Shown here piece after piece: positions 11,703 through 20,000 of a DNA stretch of 20,000 bases (the stretch's first letter is position 1; each line of letters opens with the position of its first letter). Position numbers and translations under genes: made by a program. The notes beneath the pieces are model-generated. The model worked only from the letters and a program-made list of their open reading frames with translations, was not told where the DNA came from and did no database searches. This DNA comes from Veleropilina oligotropha (Eukaryota), in NCBI GenBank assembly GCA_048128005.1, contig JBEUKZ010000031.1, positions 294,627 through 314,626 of the forward strand, read 5' to 3'.

Positions 11703-12664
11703 CTTTATGATACTTTGCGTTATGATAAAAATCGGGTGAGTTCGTAATTTCTCCGAAAATATACGAAGTGCCATTCACGTGAACATTCAGTAATGCCTAA
11801 TCGAATCTGCTTCGAAGCGCTCGTAATAATGCTAGGCTCGTCGATTAATATACAAATTATTTATATCACATGGAACGTAGGAATTGCCTGTTGGTGACGT
11901 TTAAATTGTAAAATGGGCGAAATGGAAATCGAAGGGAGATAATTGGCTAGCTATGCTGTCTGTTGTGATAACGCAAAATAACTAGAAATAATGATTGTTT
12001 AAATAATATGTGCACACAACTAAGTTTTGCTCATAAGGATTGGTTCAATGGATCACCTTTTTATAAAATAATATAACTTACATAGTTTGTTAGTGACCTA
12101 ATCGGATTTTACAGGGGTCAGTGGCAATTTCATATTGGACGAGGCCGGAGGCAGAGTTCAATATGACTTAATTTTCACTGACCCCGGTAGAATCCGTATT
12201 AGATCACTAACAAACTATGTAAGGTATTTATCCTGTCGACGACCTATAATATATTACGATAATATATTCACATTGTTCGCTCTTGTACGTTGTTTATTTA
12301 CATCGGTTCCCAAATGTGCTGGCTGCTATTAATAGATTTCAGCCGTGATCAATGTTCACTACGAAGAGACCACGCGACACCGGCGGCTCCTGGCTCGCTG
12401 CCAGCCCGTCGAGAGACCACCTGCAGACGCATGCCTCTATTGTCCTCAGTTTATGTTTATGCTAATCTTTTTGCCATGATCGATTGGGTCGTCTGCTTTG
12501 CATACAAGGGAAGTAACGTTCGCGTTGACCTAATAATGAAACTTACCGACCTATAAATTAAATTGTTTAGTGGACATCAGAGTTTGTATAATATTTACAC
12601 AACGGCTTTTTTGTTTTGAAGAGGTTGGTATTCAGCGTGAACACCTTGTTTTCAATGACGATTC

Positions 12665-12700
12665 AAAAGTAGGGTGGTATAGCCATACCAACCTACTTTT
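12665..12700. repeat. 36-nt hairpin
   Basis: AAAAGTAGGGTGGTAT-AGCC-ATACCAACCTACTTTT, a 15/16-bp stem. Confidence 0.85.
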
Positions 12701-12705
12701 CACTC

Positions 12706-12944
12706 TATACCGACCTGCGTCCGTGCAAGACGGCTAAAGCTGATCACAAGCTAAATTGACAACAAAGGAGCTATAATTGGCCGTTATGTAAGTCGGTTAC
12801 AAACCTCGTTAGTCGGTATTCATCTATTTGAAAGACCTGCTTCCGTGCTGTAACACCTCGACCGCTCCGCGGTCTCGGTGTCACGATCCGCACGGGCGCA
12901 GGTCTTTCAAATCGATGAATACCTCAAAGTCGGTTAGTACCTAT
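12706..12944 (-). mobile_element. Non-coding element with a terminal long hairpin (element D), possibly nested in C
   Basis: Hairpin about 12795-12941. AGTCGGT next to it has imperfect inverted matches ACCGACC at about 12709 and about 12545, so the left end is ambiguous. Confidence 0.5.
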
Positions 12945-13772
12945 ACATCAAGTTAAATCAAATGATATTTCTAAAATTACCATTCCGGATTTAATCAGCA
13001 GAATGGTGTAATACAGTCACTATCATTCACTTACGTTCACCCAACATACTGACTTAGTCAATCATGAACGAATGATGATTATCTTACGTTAAGATATCTA
13101 GATTTCAAAGAGCTGGGCAAAATTATTTTCAGTAATTATATACAGCTTCGACTGATATGATTCATTGCTCTCTACTATGAAACTTATCAACCATTTCCAA
13201 AATTTAGAAGAATTAATAAATACTTTATTTAATATCTTAGTGCTGGAGAGTTAATATCCACACAAATGTATTTAGCGGGTGATTGATTAGAGCATCGTAC
13301 ACACGATCGAGACTGTTAGGTTGGCATAAACAATAGCATGTACGTGTATTGCCATTATATATGCAAAATTCCACGGCACGTGACGGGATAAATGGTCTGG
13401 AGGTCACCAAAATAACTCTGGACGTTCCGGCAACAGATTTCTATTGAAATTAAAGCTGCAAAGCAGCTGTGCAGGGCTCCAATTTAAAGCCTTGGTTAAT
13501 GAGCTAAGCAAATCAGTTCAAGTTATATCTTGTAAATTCCACCAAACCAGTATAGCGTCACACAGCTGAAATGTTTACATGCATCTATTTAACACCACAT
13601 CTACCTACAAATAAAATTTTAACCTTCTATCTATAATATCTCGACAATCCAAGATGACCGCCACACCAGAAGTGCTAAGCAGCTGTAATGTTTTCAGGCT
13701 TCTATTAAACACCATATGTACCTATAAACCAAATTTGAACTTTCTATCTTCAAAATCTTGGATTTAGCAGCG

Positions 13773-14030
13773 GCCGCTTCGGTAGCGCAGTGGGTAGAGT
13801 GTCCACTCTAAATTCACTGGCTTGTTTCCGCTGACGCGAACAGTAGTGGGATCGACACCCCGCTGAGGCAGCACACATATTTGTTCAAGTTATGAATCAC
13901 AGTTGTCCGTGACTGGCCGAAGAGGGCGGGTTTACCCGGCGACCGGGGTTTCCTCCCGCGATAACACGGACATGTCCTGCCTTGAACGTCGATGTTATAA
14001 ATATACAGGACATTAAGCATAATTCCCCCC
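13773..14030 (+). mobile_element. tRNA-derived SINE with Meta/V-like central domain
   Basis: A-box TAGCGCAGTGG (13783-13793), B-box-like GGATCGACACC (13849-13859), central GGGTTTACCCGGCGACCGGGGTTTCCTCCC. A second copy lies at 5430-5659. Confidence 0.85.
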
Positions 14031-14038
14031 ACATAATT

Positions 14039-14350
14039 AGCGGTCTCTACGGATGAGTGGTTAGTGTGCTCGACACTGGACCAATGCTGTTATGTGGGAT
14101 CTAGTTCGAACCCGGTCGGTGGCTCATTTTACTGCTTGGAATAATATATAGGTATATTATGTGTGTTGGTCAGATCGGAGTGAAACTTAATTACCGGGTG
14201 TCCTGACTGAGAACACTGAAAAATGTCAAAAGTTGTCGTACAATAAAGTTTCCAACATCATATATACTGGCTTGTACACCGTGATACTACACAATATCAT
14301 GTAGGGGGTGGGGCTAGAGTATATATCGTATACCAGATTAGAGAGGTTCT
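14039..14350 (+). mobile_element. Second, more diverged tRNA-derived SINE
   Basis: A-box-like GGATGAGTGGTTAG (14051-14064), B-box AGTTCGAACCC (14103-14113), and a Deu-domain-like ACCGGGTGTCCTGACT. The 3' end is uncertain. Confidence 0.6.
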
Positions 14351-15698
14351 GATATTACCAGGTTCAATCACAGTCGCTTGATGATAAGTTACAAGTTAAA
14401 CAAATATTTTCGAAATCGCCAGGAAAATGCACAACATATTGATTGCTATATAACATAGAGATATATTGCAATCAGTGTGTGGGGCATTTGCCTCGCGATT
14501 TCGATATTTTATTTTGTGACTTATCGTCGAGAGACTGTGGTTCAAGCCATAATGAGTTGTCGCCATCTCCAGTTGCCAGATTATGTGAGAAAACAATATT
14601 ATTATATTTTACTAAAGTGAATGCAAAATCGATCAAATATATCATTATGTGGTGCGTGTGCTATATTACGTGTTTTTAATTCGACTGTCCCCGTCTCGAG
14701 TCTTGAAATTTTAGAAATCCACCAACTCTTCCAATTACAGCCTGCATAATCACTGTGAAAATATATTTTAATTCAAACTGCATAACATCGTCAAATCAGA
14801 GTCTTCAAGTTGCAACCAAATTATAAATGAAATCATTTCCCCGTCATGTTTTGAACATTTCCCGTGGTAGCGAATGTACTTATATATATATTACTCGTCG
14901 AATGTTCGACAAACGTGTGAGCCTACACCGTCACGTACGTCATCTGAATCCTGTCACGTGATCTCGTTGCTATGGCTTTCTCAACAAACACATTCACTAA
15001 AAACGATTTGCGATTGGTTTATGTAATATTTGACACGGTCAGACGTGCCATATTTGGAAAGCAGAGTATACCATCTTCCCATTGATACCCGATAATGTAG
15101 GGAGAGTTTCTAGACGGCCAAACTACATATTATCGAAAATGATGGTTGTTTAGTGAGAGTCTAGCCGTAAATAAAACAAAAGGATATTGGTGCACTCGCA
15201 TAAAAGCTAAAATAATGCAATTTTTATTTAATTTGCACGAAAATCAAGTACACTGTGCAAATGTTTGACTATCATTGACCAAGTTCTCAAAAAATACCAA
15301 AATAGCTCCGATAACATGACATCACTCGCTTTTCGCTGCTAACGTCATTTGGTCTCTTGCGACATGCGCCTCATTTTGTCATGGAGGGTCACATTTAAAC
15401 AATCATTATTTCTAGTTATTTTGCGTTATCACAACAGACAGCATAGCTAGCCAATTATCTCCCTTCGATTTCCATTTCGCCCATTTAACAATTTAAACGT
15501 CACCAACAGGCATTTCCTACGTTCCATGTGATATAAATAATTTGTATTCATATTAATCGACGAGCCTAGCATTATTACGAGCGATTCGAAGCAGATTCGA
15601 TTAGGCATTACTGAATGTTCACGTGAATGGCACTTCGTATATTTTCGGAGAAATTACGAACTCACCCGATTTGTATCATAACGCAAAGTATCATAAAG

Positions 15699-16305
15699 GC
15701 AACACGTATAATGACATAAGCACCACGTATAATGATAAAAGCACCACGTATAATGACAAATGCACCACGTATAATGACAAAAGCACCACGTATAATGACA
15801 AAAGCACCACGTATAATGGCACAAGCACCACGTATAATGACAAATGCACCACGTATAATGACAAATGCACCACGTATAATGACAAAAGCACCACGTATAA
15901 TGACAAAAGCACCACGTATAATGGCAAAAGCACCACGTATAATGACAAATGCACCACGTATAATGACAAATGCACCACGTATAATGATAAAAGCACCACG
16001 TATAATGACAAATGCACCACGTATAATGATAAAAGCACCACGTATAATGAGAAAAGCACCACGTATAATGGCAAATGCACCACGTATAATGATAAAAGCA
16101 CCACGTATAATGACAAATGCGCCACGTATAATGACAAATGCACCACGTATAATGACAAAGGCACCACGTATAATGACAAATGCACCACGTATAATGACAA
16201 AGGCACCACGTATAATGACAAAAGCACCACGTATAATGTTAAAAGCACCACGTATAATGACAAAAGCACCACGTATAATGAATTATGGACCACGCATAAT
16301 GATAA
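15699..16305. repeat. 21-bp minisatellite, 29 units (inverted copy)
   Basis: Unit ACAAAAGCACCACGTATAATG. ATAATG ends run from 15713 to 16301, which is 28 periods. Confidence 0.98.
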
Positions 16306-16332
16306 AACATGACATAAGACAGCTATGGCATT

Positions 16333-16658
<326 letters not shown>

Positions 16659-16798
16659 CCGGAAAATTGAGGATTGGAGACGGTCTATACTAATGTAACA
16701 ATTTCAATTCTTTATTAAGAACACTTTTGCAGCTAAAGAACAATAACCTCTGTTGGATGCTACTTAATTATTTTAACATCAGATTCCCTTATGTCAGC

Positions 16799-17171
<373 letters not shown>

Positions 17172-17426
17172 TATACTTATTTATCTGCATTTAAAAGTGG
17201 GCCGGACTGGTTTAAATATACCAATCAGTGGTCCACTTAAACTTTGACCATTGATAAATGTAACTGAAATAAGAAATAAATCACTGTACATCTCAATAAA
17301 GATATAGGAGAATGAATATTTTCGAATTAATATTCTTCGTCTTTGTTAACATCTTCAGAAATAAAAAATGTGGTTAAACCAATTTAATACATATGTGTAT
17401 GGTTGGTCCACTTAATGCATGTTTCA

Positions 17427-17429
<3 letters not shown>

Positions 17430-17508
<79 letters not shown>
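17430..17508. repeat. (TA)n microsatellite, probable target of the Penelope-like element
   Basis: Direct reading; abuts the presumed 3' end of the element. Confidence 0.98.
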
Positions 17509-17512
<4 letters not shown>

Positions 17513-17618
17513 GATTGGATAACTCAAACGAGTTTCAGATATATATGGTAGAGCACTCAACACTCAACGTTTATAGTGAGTGGAGTTGATATACAATATA
17601 CAATATAATAATTTATGG

Positions 17619-17661
17619 TCGCGACAGATCTGTTTCGTGCTATAGTGCACTCGGCGGGCGA
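17619..17661 (-). ncRNA. Minimal type I hammerhead ribozyme, variant core
   Basis: Minus strand reads TCGC CCGCCGA GTGC-ACTATA-GCAC GAA ACAGATCTGT C GCGA: stems I and II, GAAA, palindromic stem III and a GUC cleavage triplet. Confidence 0.75.
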
Positions 17662-17941
17662 ACGTAATACGTTAAGTTGCGGTTAAGAAGTAAGGATGTA
17701 CTTTCATACGAAACTAAAACTAATTTCGGACAACTCGGCACACGGGGATTTCGCGATGCCGAATATAGGCAAAGCTGTAAATCTGTGATAATTAATTGTG
17801 ATAATTAATTGTTTGTTTCTTTGTTTGATTATATGTGGGCAGCTTGTTACACTTGGCTAGGGGGTATTTTCTGTTATGTTTATACGAAACTTCCGAAATT
17901 AGTTGTCTTCTGTTTGTTAATTTAATTATATGAAAGTGGGT

Positions 17942-19405
17942 TTATTTCACCTGGCTAAGTAGGTATTTTCTGTTATGTCTGCAAGATGCGGCCAGTTCGT
18001 TTCTTTTGTTCAGTGTGCATGTTTCTGGTTTGCAAATTATCATGTACTTCTCTAGTAAACACAGATTGCATCTCTTAGTGGTGTTCGAGTATGATTTTGC
18101 TTGTTTTAATGCTTTCCATTTGATTTTAAAGTTGATGTTTCTGTCTTTTAGTTTCCAGATATGCTTACTTAGCTCCGTTTGGTGGCGTTTGCTTTCATGG
18201 TTGAAAGATGTCTTGTGGTTTCTAAATCTGGTTTTGAACTCCGTTTCGCACAGGCCAATGTATGATTCTGTTGTGTTGTTATCTTGTCTTGTTACTGCTG
18301 CTTGGTATATTATACTCTTTGTTAGGCACTTGTTTTCAAGGGGGCAGTCATCTTTGTTTCTACAGTTGCATGTGTTTTGGTGGGCTGCAGGTTTGTTCTG
18401 ATTTTGGTTGATGATTTTTCTGTTGTGTGTTTCGATGGAATTTTTCATGTTGGGCATGCATGAGTAGCTGAGTTTGAGCGTGTGCCTGTTGAATATTTTG
18501 TTTAGCTTGTGATTTTTGTGGAAGCATTCGTCAATTATCGTTAGGAATTGCTTGCCAATGTTGGTTTGTACGTTACTGTTGAATGGTGGGTTGAACCATG
18601 TAATGCTTTTGTGCCTGGTGCGTTTCTTTTTTGTGGTTTCCTCTGGTTTGTATTCTAATTTGTACTTGTAACCGCTGTTGTGCAGGGCTTCTTGGTATTT
18701 GGGTGTTGCTTTGTCAAATACGTCTTTGTTGGACGAAATTCTACACAGTCTTTTGTTTATGTTTTCTGGGATGTTTCTGGTTATGCTCGGAGGATGGTTG
18801 CTGTCTTTATGCACATACAGGATTGTGTTGCCAGGTTTCATGTAGGGTTGGAATGTGGAGCTATTTAGGTTGAATGTCACGTCGAGGAAGTTAATTATCT
18901 TTTTGTTCGCTTCTATGGTTATTTTCAGGTTGTGCGCTTTGAATATTTTGCATATCTGTTTTTTAATGTTTTCTATTGTGCGTGGCGTGGCTTTGCATGT
19001 TGCCAGTCCATCGTCCCTGTAGAGTCCTATGTTGTCTTTAATTTCGGTGGGGAGCAGTGATAGCAAATATGTGCCAATTAATTCGCAGGTTTCGGCTCCG
19101 TCAAAGTTACCCATGGTTACGTCAAATGGTTTGCATTTTTTCGTCCACCCTTCATCATTGTGGAATAGAAGTGCTTTTTTCGCATGCATTGTTATATGTT
19201 TGTCGTCGTCAGTTATTGTTGTGAAGGCTTTTGCGTAGCCTAGGGCTTTTGATAGCAGTTCTTCTGTGATGGATGGGTAGAAGTCACACACATCAAATGA
19301 GATGAAGGAGTGCTCATTTTTGTTTTCGATTTTTTTGAACCAATCGATTACTGCATCTGTGTTTTTCCAGATGTTTGCGTTTGTCTTTGCTGCAAGGTCC
19401 TTGTT
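17942..19405 (-). CDS. Penelope-like RT + C-terminal GIY-YIG endonuclease, N-terminally truncated but uninterrupted
   Basis: RT motifs SFDVCDFYPSI, TMGNFDG, YRDDGL and FLDV; linker CxCx5Cx5C (CNCRNKDDCPLENKC); IIY...YIG...FKTRFRNH; CNLCLLEK; LNKRNELAASCRH. Confidence 0.92.
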   Translation of the reverse strand, partial: NKDLAAKTNANIWKNTDAVIDWFKKIENKNEHSFISFDVCDFYPSITEELLSKALGYAKAFTTITDDDKHITMHAKKALLFHNDEGWTKKCKPFDVTMGNFDGAETCELIGTYLLSLLPTEIKDNIGLYRDDGLATCKATPRTIENIKKQICKIFKAHNLKITIEANKKIINFLDVTFNLNSSTFQPYMKPGNTILYVHKDSNHPPSITRNIPENINKRLCRISSNKDVFDKATPKYQEALHNSGYKYKLEYKPEETTKKKRTRHKSITWFNPPFNSNVQTNIGKQFLTIIDECFHKNHKLNKIFNRHTLKLSYSCMPNMKNSIETHNRKIINQNQNKPAAHQNTCNCRNKDDCPLENKCLTKSIIYQAAVTRQDNNTTESYIGLCETEFKTRFRNHKTSFNHESKRHQTELSKHIWKLKDRNINFKIKWKALKQAKSYSNTTKRCNLCLLEKYMIICKPETCTLNKRNELAASCRHNRKYLLSQVK

Positions 19406-19422
19406 GCAAGGTCCTTGTTTAT

Positions 19423-20000
19423 GACCGCATAAACAAGGACCTTGCAGCAAAGACAAACGCAAACATCTGGAAAAACACAGATGCAGTAATCGATTGGTTC
19501 AAAAAAATCGAAAACAAAAATGAGCACTCCTTCATCTCATTTGATGTGTGTGACTTCTACCCATCCATCACAGAAGAACTGCTATCAAAAGCCCTAGGCT
19601 ACGCAAAAGCCTTCACAACAATAACTGACGACGACAAACATATAATAATGCATGCGAAAAAAGCACTTCTATTCCACAATGATGAAGGGTGGACGAAAAA
19701 ATGCAAACCATTTGACGTAACCATGGGTAGCTTTGACGGAGCCGAAACCTGCGAATTAATTGGCACATATTTGCTATCACTGCTCCCCACCGAAATTAAA
19801 GACAACATAGGACTCTACAGGGACGATGGACTGGCAACATGCAAAGCCACGCCACGCACAATAGAAAACATTAAAAAACAGATATGCAAAATATTCAAAG
19901 CGCACAACCTGAAAATAACCATAGAAGCGAACAAAAAGATAATTAACTTCCTCGACGTGACATTCAACCTAAATAGCTCCACATTCCAACCCTACATGAA
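19423..20000 (+). mobile_element. Penelope-like RT, right arm of palindrome; open frame runs off the window
   Basis: Reads DRINKDLAAKTNANIWKNTDAVIDWF...TMGSFDG...YRDDGL...FLDVTFNLNSSTFQPYM. It is the reverse complement of 18837-19404 with 2 substitutions seen. Confidence 0.95.

Larger units (their letters stand above)
12062..13393 (+). mobile_element. Non-coding element with a terminal long hairpin (element C)
   Basis: Hairpin 12077-12223 (CTTACATAGTTTGTTAGTGA...TCACTAACAAACTATGTAAG). The adjacent ATTTATCCTGTC (12226-12237) is an 11/12 inverted match to GACGGGATAAAT (13382-13393). The far end is tentative. Confidence 0.5.
17509..19423 (-). mobile_element. 5'-truncated Penelope-like retroelement (Hydra-clade-like), left arm of palindrome
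   Basis: RT + GIY-YIG ORF and a 3' UTR with a hammerhead fold, ending at (TA)n. Confidence 0.92.

Noticed and set aside
13449..13770. Possible Kolobok-like element beginning TTAAAGCTGCA
   Set aside because: No matching right TIR or TTAA end identified.
13773..13870. Functional tRNA gene
   Set aside because: No convincing cloverleaf; it continues into a SINE body, and a second copy has a TSD.
15340..15392. Possible Sola-like terminus (reverse complement GTGACCCTCCATGACAAAATGAG) at the inner edge of the right arm
   Set aside because: No matching second end found in the window.
19406..19462. N-terminus MRLSLLQGPCLCGHKQGP of the 506-aa ORF
   Set aside because: Read-through across the palindrome apex and the 14-bp duplication; not element protein.
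18006..19808. Short ORFs antisense to the PLE (18006, 18631, 18680, 19029, 19599)
   Set aside because: Shadow frames of the RT/EN gene with no recognisable motifs.

Overview
AT-rich eukaryotic DNA, probably from a marine invertebrate such as a mollusc (inferred from the repeat types and a PAN + C-type lectin gene). It is dominated by nested mobile elements. From left to right: a Lep1/Helitron-like end; a 43-bp minisatellite; a 5'-truncated CR1-type LINE inserted into an older copy of the same family, which is split again by a 1.7-kb block holding a Tc2-like MITE, a SINE and a hairpin element; two exons of a probably disabled PAN/Apple + C-type lectin gene; a 1.4-kb inverted duplication containing (TA)n and a 21-bp array around a 3.4-kb spacer; two tRNA-derived SINEs; and a Penelope-like retroelement (RT + C-terminal GIY-YIG, Hydra-clade-like) abutting (TA)n. 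Three observations stand out. (1) Four sequence-unrelated long hairpins have mismatches that are systematically tandem G.A pairs on one strand, three with GNA/GNNA loops, suggesting elements acting through folded ssDNA. (2) The Penelope-like element forms a head-to-head palindrome with a 4-nt apex. (3) Its 3' UTR holds a minimal hammerhead fold with a non-canonical CCGCCGA core. All alignments were done by eye; family assignments are recalled, not searched.
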